Shown one piece after another: positions 11,573 to 23,634 of a DNA stretch of 64,000 nt; positions within the stretch are counted from its first letter, which is position 1, and each line of letters starts with the position of its first letter. Made by a program: the position numbers and the translations under genes. Below the pieces are notes generated by a model. It saw only the letters and a list, made by a program, of their open reading frames with translations. It did not search any database and was not told where the DNA came from. Source of the stretch: Fistulifera solaris (taxonomy: Eukaryota); contig AP026138.1 of NCBI GenBank assembly GCA_030295235.1, forward strand, positions 682,001 to 746,000, given 5' to 3'.

Positions 11573-12105
11573 TTTGTTGTTGACTATTTATGTGTAAGCT
11601 ATTACTATGCTAACTTAGAAGGATCAAATGAAGGAGGAAGTAATAATGAGTGTCAATGACAAAGGCAATCTTTTTTTTTTTTTTTTTCCAACAGGATGCG
11701 CGGTGCAAAAAATAAGCCAAAAGCGAAAGGAGAGCGAGCGGTCGACGGAAGGTATTGTTATGTTGACGAAACGGTCGAGGTTACTGCGCACCTCCTTTCC
11801 CTTTTCCTACGTCATCCATCCAAGTTCGACGTCAGCATAGGCATGTCGGAAGTGACGCATGTACATTTTGATTCACAGTCATTCAGCCATTCTTGGCATG
11901 TTCGCCATTCTGCGACAAAGAGTAGAAAGCGTTCCCCGTTTGTTTCGCTTTGAGGATCGATTTTGCGCGCATCATCCTCCATCGCTTTTTTTTTTTTTTT
12001 CGCTCCTCTTTGCGTCATTTTACCCCGAGCTCGTCGTCCTCATTAAAGACTCTCGCAGTTCTTCTCTTTCTTCTTCTTTATTAACTATTATTATCTATCA
12101 AAACA

Positions 12106-13250
12106 ATGACAACTACGGGTGCCGTTCTACTCGCTCCTTCTCCGGCGGAAGGAGTCAAGTATGATCTCATGTATTATCTCAAGGGGGCGGCCGCCGGAGG
12201 TATCTGTTGTTCCATTACGCACGGTGCTTTGACGCCGGTCGATGTCGTCAAGACGCGTGTGCAACTCGATCCTGTGAAAGTACGTACTGTAGTGTGATGA
12301 CATGTATTTGTGAGGGATATGCTGGGCTTGTTTGTTGCGTCTTCGAGTTGCACCCCGACACACCTTCTCTTTCTCTTCCGATGAATCTCTCATCTCTTTT
12401 CAACTTCTTCTCTTCTCATTCATTCCGTTCCTTTACACTTCACACTCTACACTCTTTGCAGTACAACACCGGATTGGTCGGAGGATTCCGCACCGTCATT
12501 GCCGAAGAAGGTGTGGCCGCACTCGCGACGGGTCTCGGTGCTACCGCCGTCGGTTACTTTATTCAGGGATGGTTCAAATTCGGTGGAGTCGAGTACTTCA
12601 AGATCAAAGCCGCTACTTCCCTCGGAGAACAAAAGGCCTGGGAAAACAAGACCGCCATTTACATTGGAGCCGCGGCCGGAGCTGAAACCATTGCCGATAT
12701 CTTCCTCTGTCCGCTCGAAGCCGTCCGTATTCGATCCGTCTCGGACCCCGAATTCTGTACCGGACTATTGGATGGATTCCAAAAAATGGCCGCCACGGAA
12801 GGCATCGGCGGTTTCTACGCCGGTCTCGCTCCCATTTTGGCCAAGCAAGTCCCGTACACGTGCGCCAAGTTCGTCGTACAAGGCTCCGTCGCCGACAGCA
12901 TGTACGCGGGCATGGGCAAAACACCGGCCGAAGTCAGCAGCACCACCGCCTTGGGTGTTTCGCTACTGTCGGGTGTCATTGCCGGTGTCGCGTCCGCGGT
13001 CATTTCCCATCCGGCCGATACGTTGCTCAGTAAAGTCAACAAGAAGGGAGCCGGTGGCGATGGACCCATGATGACGCGATTGATGAACATTGCCCGCGAA
13101 ATTGGTTTTGTCAAGTTGTTGACGGTCGGGTTGGCGCCCCGTTGTGTCATGATTGGTACGCTCACGGCCGGACAGTTTGGTATCTTTGATACCGTCATGA
13201 ATGCGTTGGGGGCCAGCAAGTTCCATTTCCATAATCCCGAACAGCATTAA
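12106..13250 (+). CDS. Mitochondrial phosphate carrier (SLC25A3/MIR1 type); intron 12280-12461
   Basis: GGICCSITHGALTPVDVVKTRVQ, GYFIQGWFKFGGVEYFK, CPLEAVRIR, KQVPYT, SHPADTLLSKVN; three mitochondrial carrier repeats. Confidence 0.93.
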
Positions 13251-13340
13251 ATAATAGTAATAGTATAGTGCTGTCATCGATTGAAAGTCATCTTATCAGA
13301 ACAATGGATTGTAACTAAAGTTCTAAATTCTATTGTGTTT

Positions 13341-15551
13341 CTACCAATCGCTGGAACTGCCTCCGTTGCGGGCTCCGATTCTCGATAAACGCACTTCGTC
13401 ACCGGAAACCGGATCGTACTGTTTCCACGAAACCGTACGATGGCGTGTCATGTAATGGAGCGGCAAAGGCACCGGTTCGGTATTTTCTTGCGAGGAGGAT
13501 GCCAAGCTCTCGGAAGGCGGTGGCCACAGATACAGAATTTCGGCTTTTTTCAAACAACTGTTTTCCTGGAATGCCAATTCCGGAGAACTCGGTCGACCAA
13601 TGCGGTGTTCACGCATCATCTGAGCCTCCAGACGCTCCAAATCATCTGTCGGTAAGCGTCCCTTGAACACAGCAACTTCGGCAATCGCACCGTCACCACC
13701 ACGTTCCATGTGTTGTCCACAACACAACGAAATTCCAAAACAATGATCGGAGCCCAGCGTTAAACCATCCAACATCGGCCGGCCATTCCGGTGTTCCGCA
13801 AAGTGGTGATGCTCGACATCTTCTTGCATCCCATCGACGCGCAATTCGGTCCGATTATCATCCACAATGGCGGTATAACAGTGCCACGATCCGGGTGAAA
13901 ATCTCCCACGATGTATTCTGCGTCGGGTGTAATTCTGGTCGTCGTCATCGTACTCGTCAAGCTTATTTCCAACATTGCGATAAATACACCGGCATCGATT
14001 CATCCGGTTGGGACCCTTCGGATCGTTGTCACAACCTTCGTCCTCTTCGCTGCTGCCATCACCATAACTTCGTCCACTGTGCTCGATCGCCACCGAAGCG
14101 TCCTCGGATGCATCGTCTCTCACGGACAGCCGCGCCGACGCTTCGTCTTCGGCTTGAGAGCCATTGTCGTATATGGCGTGCTCATCGTCAAGCGATTCAC
14201 GATCCTCCTCCCGAATCCAGTCTTCCGTTGCAATACAAAGAGCACTTCGTTCGACAATTTCGGTCAGTTCATCTTCGGGATACATGTGTCCTAGCTCGAA
14301 ACGGTGCCGCAGTCCCGATAGAAAACAACCGTCTTCTGTAGCAATGGCGACGCAAATGATGGTGACCGGTTCGGAGATGGGGCCGCAAGCGAAGAGTGGT
14401 GTAATCATACACACCGCATGGTATTTGGGAGCGTTGAGAAACTGAACGCAACGTTTTCCGGATTTTCGGGCTACTTCATCCACCGATTCGTCTACTATTT
14501 GTGTCAATTGATTCGTGCTGGCGCTTGTTATAACACGCGGAAGAACTTCACGCTGCAATTCTCGACGATGAAGCTCCTTTCGGATCAGGTAATCTTGAAG
14601 CTCCTGCAACCGAATCTCAGTTGTTTCCTCGTCGTCGTCATCATTTTCACTTTCACTCATGTGAGAGTTGATGATCTTGTTCACATCAATCGGTTTTCTA
14701 CCATCAACAACGATATCTTCATCCATGCAGAGACAATAACTCTCGGGACGGGCAACTGTAGCCCCTCGAACGGCAAATGTTGTTTGATGCCGCTCCAAGT
14801 TCTCTACAGCGAAATGACCAGGTATTGACGCTTCCGTGAAATGTATCGATGTCGATGACGGACTTATTGACAGTTGAGCCGCCGCATTGAGCAAAGTGGA
14901 TACAAAACTGGATCGATAACCGAAATGACGCAAGACTTGCATGGGTTGCTGGTAGCCGGTCCACTCCACAATTGTGCTAACGCTATTCATATCGTCAGGA
15001 GTTATGGAGTGACTGCTAGGAGTCAGAGCACTAGTCTTTTTCAGTTTCCCTCTTCTTGAATCTTCATCATCGTCATCATCATCCGTTTCATCTATATTTT
15101 CTTCACCATTTGGTGCGAAACGTCCCTGAGACTGTATCATTTTTTGAATCGGTCGTGTATTGTTTGCCAGAAGCATAGCCTTATGAATTTGTTGCTGTAT
15201 AATTTCTAATTCCTCTTCTTTCGATAGAGTCATTGCCAAACGTGTCTCTTTGATTCCCTCGGAACGAAACCAAGCGGCACAAAAGGTCTCATTGCCTCTC
15301 GGAACGCGCGATTCCTTTCGTCCATTTTTTCTTATTCGCCCGTTGCAGATATCTCCCTCTAAGATACAGCGTAGCATGGACGGAAGGAGTAAAAGCTGAT
15401 TCGTTTGGTCGCTCACTGCTTGTTCTAACAGCACTTGATGCAGAGCATTTCTCCAGCCGACACTGACATTGGAAAAATTCGCCACATCGCTATTAGAGAC
15501 GTCTCCCTGTGAAACAGCCCATTGCAAGAACACGTGCTCCGCGGTGCTCAT
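13341..15551 (-). CDS. Hypothetical protein; possible F-box-like N-terminus and ConA/LamG-like C-terminal domain
   Basis: Uninterrupted 777-codon ORF with likely ATG at 15551. The C-terminal WHCYTAIVD..LRVDG..LTLGSDH..GAIAEVAVFKGRL resembles a LamG-type beta sandwich. Confidence 0.7.
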   Translation of the reverse strand: MSTAEHVFLQWAVSQGDVSNSDVANFSNVSVGWRNALHQVLLEQAVSDQTNQLLLLPSMLRCILEGDICNGRIRKNGRKESRVPRGNETFCAAWFRSEGIKETRLAMTLSKEEELEIIQQQIHKAMLLANNTRPIQKMIQSQGRFAPNGEENIDETDDDDDDEDSRRGKLKKTSALTPSSHSITPDDMNSVSTIVEWTGYQQPMQVLRHFGYRSSFVSTLLNAAAQLSISPSSTSIHFTEASIPGHFAVENLERHQTTFAVRGATVARPESYCLCMDEDIVVDGRKPIDVNKIINSHMSESENDDDDEETTEIRLQELQDYLIRKELHRRELQREVLPRVITSASTNQLTQIVDESVDEVARKSGKRCVQFLNAPKYHAVCMITPLFACGPISEPVTIICVAIATEDGCFLSGLRHRFELGHMYPEDELTEIVERSALCIATEDWIREEDRESLDDEHAIYDNGSQAEDEASARLSVRDDASEDASVAIEHSGRSYGDGSSEEDEGCDNDPKGPNRMNRCRCIYRNVGNKLDEYDDDDQNYTRRRIHRGRFSPGSWHCYTAIVDDNRTELRVDGMQEDVEHHHFAEHRNGRPMLDGLTLGSDHCFGISLCCGQHMERGGDGAIAEVAVFKGRLPTDDLERLEAQMMREHRIGRPSSPELAFQENSCLKKAEILYLWPPPSESLASSSQENTEPVPLPLHYMTRHRTVSWKQYDPVSGDEVRLSRIGARNGGSSSDW

Positions 15552-16056
15552 TGTGTTGCCTCTTTGTTCGATGGGATAGACGCAATGCATCCTTTTGATC
15601 TTGGGAATCGACAAGCCAACAATGAAGGAAAAGAAAGCAACAAGAAAAACAACGATTGTGACGAAAAACAACAAAAAATGGAACGTGCGGTGCTCCGGAG
15701 ACGATCGCAGGACGAACTCTTGAAGGGAAGCGCGTTTCGAGGATAGTAAGTTGTATACCGGTAAGTCTCGTTAAGTAGCCACTATCGTTGTTAGTGTTGG
15801 TTTATGGTGTTAACGACTTAATCAAATTGCAGTCCCGGAGCTTATGGCACGAGCAATAAGAATGGGCACTTTGGATGGGCCTACACATGTAGATTTTCAA
15901 CGTGGCGCGATTTCTATGATGAAACTAGTGGTGTTATTATTTCTGTGCGGGGAGAGACTTTAAGCACGATCACATGCACAAGAGAACAACGCTGTTTTAA
16001 AAAAACTTACTATGCTATAGCCGATGCCGATGCGCGATGCGTCTCGGCCAAACCTG

Positions 16057-17223
16057 TCAAAGACGATGATCCGCAACGAAGCGGAAAGGTTCTGATGGCA
16101 CCTCGAATCGAACCGTGCTGACATGGTGTTCGTTGAAGTCATCGTTGGAACTTGTTAAATGTTCTTCAAACGATAGATAACCGTTACGGCCGTGAATGTT
16201 GATTGGTTGTATAGTCAATACGATCTTTACGAATTGCCAAGGCTGCTTCGCGACGACTGTTACTTGTCGTCCACTGACTTGATATCTTCCCCACACGGCT
16301 GCCGCATCTTCCGTGTAACCCAAATTCACTCTCCGTAACCGCGGGAACATGTCATGCGGAGCCGTTGTAGTCAAAGCATAAATAACGCGCCCGTCTTCTT
16401 GAAAATACAAATAGCGATAGTAAATACTTTCGAGAATGGCTCCATGTGGGATCTAGAAATCACCATCAAGCTGCCTGTGAGATCATTTTCAATTCAGTCA
16501 ATCTGCTCATCCACTATGTCTTACCTCAGTCCACATGTCTCGTTGAATCTTTTTGATTTGTTTATACTTAATCACGTACACTCCACCTCCGGCACGGACT
16601 CGTGGTCGCTTTTCGAGCATCGTACGATACGAATTTCCAAAGCGCGAGACGTGCAGTGTGCGTTTCTTGCTTTGTTGAAGATACAAACGTTCGCACAATC
16701 TCCGATAGGCGGCTTCGGTCCGGGTAAACGATTTCCAATGCGGACTGACTAATGCCAGTGTAGCATAAGTATCCACTGGTAGGAAATCAAAGACCCGATG
16801 CAATAAATCATCCGGAAGTATCAGTATGCGTCCACCTACTTGGAGTAATTGATCCGTCGGTAACGAGTCTTGAGCCGCCAGTCGTTCCGATTCTATCTTC
16901 TCATCTAATTCCTCATGATCCGAATCTTCTTCTTCGTTTTTGGCTGCTTCAACTTTGCGTTGCTCTTCTTCTACCGTCAATGGATGAGAATCGTCTGGTT
17001 GAAGGGGGTATGCTAAGGTGTTGGAATACGGTTTGCTGTCGGAAGAATCTCCCACGGCGCGTTGCATCGTCATATATTCTTCAAATTCGCCGATTGTTTT
17101 GTAGCCATACTTGAACGCCAATTCCTTGCGCTCATTTCTTGACAGCATGTGCCAAATCGGCCACGTTAGCTCCCATTCATTGTCCCAAATTTCAACGGAA
17201 ATAGGGGCACTGTCGGAGCTCAT
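16057..17223 (-). CDS. F-box protein, FBXO9-like; intron 16453-16524
   Basis: F-box LPDDLLHRVFDFLPVDTYATLALVSPHWK; RPRVRAGGGVYV; spliced exon 2 IPHGAILESIYYRYLYFQEDGRVIY...EPFRFV. Confidence 0.8.
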
Positions 17224-17513
17224 CTTCTGCTCTCAATTCTTCGCAGTTTCGCTATCCACAGATTTCGCGCAACAAAACTCCTTTCAATCGAGAATTTAAA
17301 GGGTTATCGGCAGAGGTAACTGAGTTTCACAGCAGCAGAGGTAATGTAATTCGATAGAATAGAAAAAGAACCGCCGACGGAATTTTTTCGAATGAATGAA
17401 TCATCATCACACGACAACGCGCGACGTAACAGTCAGCATTTCCGTCTGCTTTACAATACGAACAACTGCGTCTACTATACCAGGTAAGGTTATCGTAAAA
17501 ATTGTCGAATGAA

Positions 17514-18000
17514 TCAACTTATCCACGGCTGCACTTCAGTCACGAATAAATATTCTTTCGAGCGACAATTCTGCCCACAATTCATTCGTTCAGCAACATC
17601 TCTTCGATTCCATTCCTTTGTAGTTGTTGCAATGGAATAGGCTACCGGTACCAGGTATAGCAGTGTTTGAATTACACGTCATTATTTTTATTACGTCAAT
17701 GGGCCTTGCGAAAATTTGTCTTTCGTATTTCCTATGGACCCAAGTGTTGTCCGTTTTTCGCCACGACTGCACTTCAGTCATGAATCAATTTTCTTCGAGC
17801 GACAATGCTGCCTACATTTCGTTCTTTAAGAAAAATGTCTGAGCTCCGTTTGTCGTTGTCGCATTGAAATACGATATAGCAGTGTTTTTATAAAGAGTCG
17901 TTATATTTCACGTCGAAGAGCCTTGCGAACATTAACTTCCGTATTTACTATGACCCAAAGTGTTGGTTCTATGAGACCGCGACTGCATTTCAGTCACGAG
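17514..18000 (+). repeat. Dispersed repeat family A: dimer (periods 238 and 216 bp) with three palindromic sites
   Basis: CACGGCTG-CACTT-CAGTCACG 17524-17544, CACGACTG-CACTT-CAGTCATG 17762-17782, CGCGACTG-CATTT-CAGTCACG 17978-17998. Confidence 0.92.
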
Positions 18001-18083
18001 ACCACTTCGGTTAGACTACCTTGAGTTAGGTTTTGAACAACTAAAAATGCATTTGTATTCAATAAATCAAAGACTTTCGTTTA

Positions 18084-21000
18084 TTATAGCTCCTCACGCA
18101 CCGCATCGGTCGCTGCTTGTATAGATTCGCACGCTGCGCCCGCACACGCTTCGAAGACATCCAAGCTATCCATCCCATTTCCCTCTGTGATGTTCAAGGT
18201 TGCATTCCGCTCCATTTCGAGCATTAAATCCCATTGATCGCTATTACCCATAAAGGCATGCATGATGAATCCGATGATCGCAAACGTCTTCAGTAGACTC
18301 CAAACGTCCTTCATGGATGTCTCGGCGAAACCAGCAACAAGAATGTGTCTGCAGAAAAAAAATTTCATGAGGCGGTCCAGAAGAAACGTTGCAACCAAAT
18401 CCATCGCCAGAATTGTAAGAATAAAATTACGAAAGCCCTCATCTGGGAACGGAACCAACTGGAAATAACGGTTCAAACCAGGAACCGATTCCGAGGCAAA
18501 CATGAACGTTAAAACAAAAGTGGCTGTGAGACTCCATAAAAGCGGTCGGTTCTCGGTGACACCTGTCATGAACGGGCGGCCTTGTAAATTCACGAAAAAT
18601 ACCGTGACTTGCTGAACGCTGCTTACGAGGAATACGACAGTGTTTAAGATGCCGGGTTTGAAAGTTCCATCAAGTTCGGCATCGTAATCAGGTGGCAGTG
18701 CGTCTTTGCGGTGGAGACCGCAGCATAGAGAGTGCCAAGGTGAACAGCGAATTGAGCGAGTAGACTACAGAACAGCGCTGGGTGGAAAATTGAAGTCAGA
18801 GGGCGAACGCTCGACAGTTTGTCAAGGGGCTTTGATCGTGACACCGACATAAAGGAAACAGATCCCAATAGACCCATCGCAGTCATCTGTGTGTCACCGT
18901 ATTTCACTCCATCGAGATACAATGCGGAAAGAGAATATGAGCTGATAAGGCATTGTAGTGCCATGATTTGGTACTGATATTTTCACGTCAGAGAAGTTAG
19001 ATATTTGAAGTAACCGTGAACAGTTTGACAGCAAAGTTCGACTTACCATCTGAATGCTAGAAACAAGGGTACAACGACCCTGTCGAACAATATCGACGCA
19101 ACTCTGTATACTTGGCATCTTACTTGTAAATGGTGCAGCCATAGAAGCGTCTCCCAGTTTGACAACAGGAGTTTCTCCGGCGTCAAGCTCTTCGAATTGT
19201 GCTGCCAACGAAGCAGCCGAACCCTCAACGCCGCCAAGCTGAGCAGCTTTCTTTTGGCCTCCTCCCTTTCAGCTGCCATAAACTCTTTCAATGCCTTGAA
19301 ACTCGCGAACGACTCCCCCTTGCGCTGCCAGTTCTTCTGCCCTTTCCTGCATTCGTCTCTGTTTCTCCATCATTACCCTTCGTTGCTCGGCTTTCTTTTC
19401 AGCCTGCGTCATATTCTTCTTATCCTTCTCATTCTTGGCGTCGTGTCTCTTCACAGCGATCTCACGAGCTTTGATTTGGTAAAGCTGTACGAGGTCCTCT
19501 TTCTCTTTGAGTTCGGGATACTTGTCGGGATCGACACCAATGGATCTAATTTTCATCTTCAAGACACGCGTTGGCAGGGATCTTATCTGTTCCAGATGCT
19601 CCTGGCTCATGATTGCGGTCACATTACTTGTCTCCTTTGTATTTTCTGTCTCCACGCCATTCTCTTTTTCAACATTCATATTCCCGAACCCCGACAGCAG
19701 CGCTACGCCGACATCAGCCTGTTTCAATGCACCGACATCGTTTGCACCATCACCGCACATCAAACATAACGCTCCTACTCCATGCAAACATTCAATGACT
19801 TGCTCCTTTTCATCGGGTGCCATTCGAGCAAACACCTTGATGAATTGAAGCACTTTCTTGGTCCCGCTATCTTGTTCAAATGCAGTTGCAAGACATTTTC
19901 CAGTTGTAGCCAAATCGTACTTCTTTGATAAATTTGGGATCTCATCCGAAACGAAATCGGCCACTTTGCTTCCGTCATTGTAGCTGCGCCAGAGAAGTTT
20001 CTCTTCGCCTGTTTTTTCGAGGAATGCAATTGGTTTGTACAATTTCTGTGCCTTTTTTCTTCTCTTTTCGTTTCTTGGAAGGAATAGAACCATTCCGCTT
20101 TGACTCCAGAAAAGCACGAAGTTCTTCATTTTCTTCTTCTATGTCTTCCTTCTCGGTGTTTCCAATCGGTTCGCAGATGTTAACTTCCTTGGCGACGTGG
20201 ATCGCCGTAAGAAGCGCGTCTCCGGTCACCATCGCGACGCTCATTCCACCTTCTTTCAAATGTTGCAGAACGCGCGCGGTATCTTTCCTCACTTTACAGG
20301 TAAATGCAATGAAACCCGCGAAAACAAGCTGAGATTCACAAACAGCTCTGCTGTCAATTGCCTTTTAACAGAAGCCTTAGAGCTAAGCTCCTTGAAGGCC
20401 AAGGCAATTAATCGGAACCCTTGTTTTGATAAATATTGAGCTTTTGCGTCGTAGCCGTCGGGCTTTGATGAAAGCAGTTGACCTATAGCTTCGGGTGAGC
20501 CTTTTGCAACGGCGTACGTCAGACCAGCATTTGTGTCAACTACGCAACTCATTCGCTGCAGTTTCGAGCTAAAGTGATGCCTTGATAGAATTTCCACTTC
20601 TGTAACTTTATTGTTGTCGCCCAGCACGAACGGCTTCCCCGCAGGCTTTTTCTTTGTTGCATCCTTTGGAACAGATTTGCCCGACATCGACGATACATGC
20701 CATCTCATGGATGCGATTGCAGCACTTTCAAGCGGATCGCCCTGTGTCTCATCGTCAACGACAACAAGCGTGTGGCAGCCTGCTAGAACAAACCCAGCCT
20801 CACTTGTAACTTGGGTCATCGGTTTCAATAAATCATCTTCTTCAGCTGAGTCAGGTAGCTTTAGCTTGTCGGGTTCGCACACTCCCACAGCGACAAGTTC
20901 ATCGGTGGTCAATGTGCCTGTTTTATCAAAAAGACATGCGTCCAGCTTACCAGCAACTGGCACCTTGTATGGTTCAGTACAAAAGATGTGCATCTTCATA

Positions 21001-22876
21001 AGCGTCATAAGACTGTTGTTGACGGCCATTGCCATTTGCATAGGTAGCTCCGGGCGGATAACGTTAGTCACGATCATGATGCAGTGGAGAAGTAACTCAT
21101 ACTTGCTTCGATTCTCATTCTTTGCCCCGTGGTAGAGAACGTATCCCGAACTAATAACCGCAAAGAAGCACAGAAAAAGTAAAAGAAGACCGGTCTCATA
21201 TTCATGACCTTTCACTTTTTCTTGTGATCCTTCAATCATCCGGACCAACTTTCCTTGAGCAGAAGCAAAACCAGTACGAAGGACGAAGCAGACACAACCA
21301 CCGTCTGGAGGTAGCGGAACACCAGAAAAGGACGTACTGCTGTCGTTGTGTTGAATGTAATCTACACCGCCCTTGCATTGAAGCATTTTGGTACCAGCAA
21401 AGGCGACGTTCATCTTATGATTGCCTTTCATACTGAGGGCTTCATTCGGCAACTCAGCGAGACCTTCTTTCATTTGCGGCACGGATTCGCCTGTCAAGCT
21501 GGCTTCATTGACAACAGTCGAACCTCGCAACAAGAGCAAGTCAGCTGGTACGACGTCCCCACCGTCGTCAGTGTCCCTTTGTTCACTTTGCGAGTCAAAC
21601 TCACAATATCACCGGGTAACAACTTGGTCGTATCTGTAATCGACCATGCACCAGCGCGATAGACGTAAATGTGTCGGCTTGGATTGCCCATTCCTCGCAA
21701 AGCCTGCATACTCTTGATACGCTGAAAGACAACGGTACCTTCGAACATGAGGACAATAAACAGAGAAAAGAATGAATAGATCAAGTAGTCATCGATCGCC
21801 CACAGCAACACACAAAAAATTTGGAAAACGGAGAATGGATTCAAAAGCTGCTTTTTGTACAGTTCAAGGAAGGAAGGCGATTTCACATTAAACAGATTGG
21901 GGCCGTAACGTATTTGATTGGCGGCCACACGTTCGGTCGAGTTCAAACCCTGGTAGGACTGTAGCTGCGACAGCAGCAAGTCCGTTCTGCAGCGAACTTT
22001 CGTCCACATATCGTTCTCGAAAACATATCTTCTACGATGGTACTCAAAAGTCATTCCCAGTGTCGGATAGTATTCCAGTTCCACCAGTACGTGATGGCCT
22101 TTGGCTGGACAAATTCGGGCGTGTGTCGGCAAATGAGAAGGGACCTGGTAAATTCGACGGTCCTGAATGACTTCTTTAGATGTCTCGCTGCTCTGAATTT
22201 CCTCCTCTTCGGGTAAAGCCATCATTTCGGCGGGAATTTCTACCACTGTTGCATCGACCTCCTGAAAATTGACCCAGACGTTAAAGCCGACACTCCAATG
22301 TTGCATCAAAAGCAAGAGTGCATGAAGCGTCGCTAAAATTCCAAGAAATAAGCTAGGCCAGAATGATGCTGCGTACTTGTTTGGCACCCGCATGCTTTTC
22401 GGCAAGGCATCTAAAACCGACTGTTCTTTGTCGCGTTTCTTTTCGGCCGCCAATTCTTCGATATCCATATCCATCCAATCCATCCACCCGATTTTCTTAA
22501 TACGTCTGTTGGGGTCATCCAAATCGTGAAAGGAATGCTCAAACTGTGCTCGCAATTTCGTGGCACCTTCCATGACTGATTTGGGTGCAAACGGCAATTG
22601 ATAAATAATGATGAGTTACACAGACATACTTCAAGACGCAGTTCTTGCAAACTCTCATTTTTCTTCCGTACCTTGAAAACCTTCTTGATCCGCCTTTTCC
22701 AAAAACTTGCGATAGGGTTCTCCTACAGTCGACAGAACGATCGTCGTTTGAATCACGTATAAAACAATAAAAATCACATTGTAGAGACGAATTTTGCTCT
22801 TGCCGCCGGCTGCAAGTTTCGCTTGATAGACTTGCACAAACCGGATCCCCTTGGAGTCCGTCGGGCATCCAACCAT
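18084..22876 (-). CDS. P5A-type ATPase (Spf1/ATP13A1-like); several introns and indel frameshifts
   Basis: [122 protein letters not shown]. Confidence 0.95.
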
Positions 22877-23242
22877 ATTCGCTGTCGTCTTTTCTTGTTG
22901 TAGAGCGTTTCGTTGTTACGAAAGCTAACTCAATGAGGAAGAACAAGATTATCAATCACTTAAGCGCATTTTTTTCTTCTTTTCTCCCACCTCCACATGG
23001 AGAAAACGTACGGCGGAATGACGACCTGTGACGACGGCGGCGGTTGTCGGACAAAGTACAGACGCGTCATATCGTTAACCTTAATGTATCTAATTGCGTC
23101 AAAACCCGAGTGCTTTTCTCAGATTTCTCGCATCAACGATGACAGAATCCCTCTTCTTTTGGTTATTTGATCCAAATATTAATACTTTGAATTGACGGCT
23201 ACAGGCTCTAGAGCTACATTATATAACAACACGACCCGATGC

Positions 23243-23334
23243 TTTACCTCGACAATCCTTGTGGATCCTTCTACAACTTGTACTGTGAGCCAATGTGTAT
23301 GCTACCTTTTCTCGTGACTGCGTTTAGTCATGAA
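23243..23334 (+). repeat. Degenerate 3' remnant of a family A monomer
   Basis: CCTCGACAATCCTTGTG resembles CGTCGACAAGCCTTGCG; TACTGTGAGCCAATGTGT resembles TACTATAGACCAAAGTGT; ends in TCGTGACTG-CGTT-TAGTCATGA. Confidence 0.6.
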
Positions 23335-23634
23335 TCGACTTCGGCTTGGTCCGCATGCGCATGGAGCATCGTCGTGCGTCATGAGCCACCTTTAATATGC
23401 TAGAAAGTAATCAAAACTCTGTAACAACTCCTAATAAATTAGTTTTTGATATCATGAGGGTGTTCTTGTTCTACGCAATTGTTATTATGATGTAATGCGA
23501 CAGGGGAATGATTGCAGATAAAGAAACTAACAGCGTTAGCACTACAAAAAACGCTCAGAAATGATCATCAACACTTGCAATAATATATACTGAGAATTAC
23601 ATCTACCACTGTTCCTCGTCGGAACTTATGAGAC

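Noticed and set aside
11670..12000. Poly(T) tracts as retro-insertion tails or terminators
   Set aside because: No associated element; typical of a divergent promoter or 5' UTR region (CCT4 / phosphate carrier).
3101..13250. Horizontally acquired island
   Set aside because: Despite the compositional shift, the genes are core eukaryotic (eIF3f, CCT4, mitochondrial carrier) and have normal introns.
18084..22876. Pseudogene or programmed frameshifting explanation for split genes
   Set aside because: Catalytic motifs are intact and indels occur throughout the window, often at homopolymers; assembly error is simpler.
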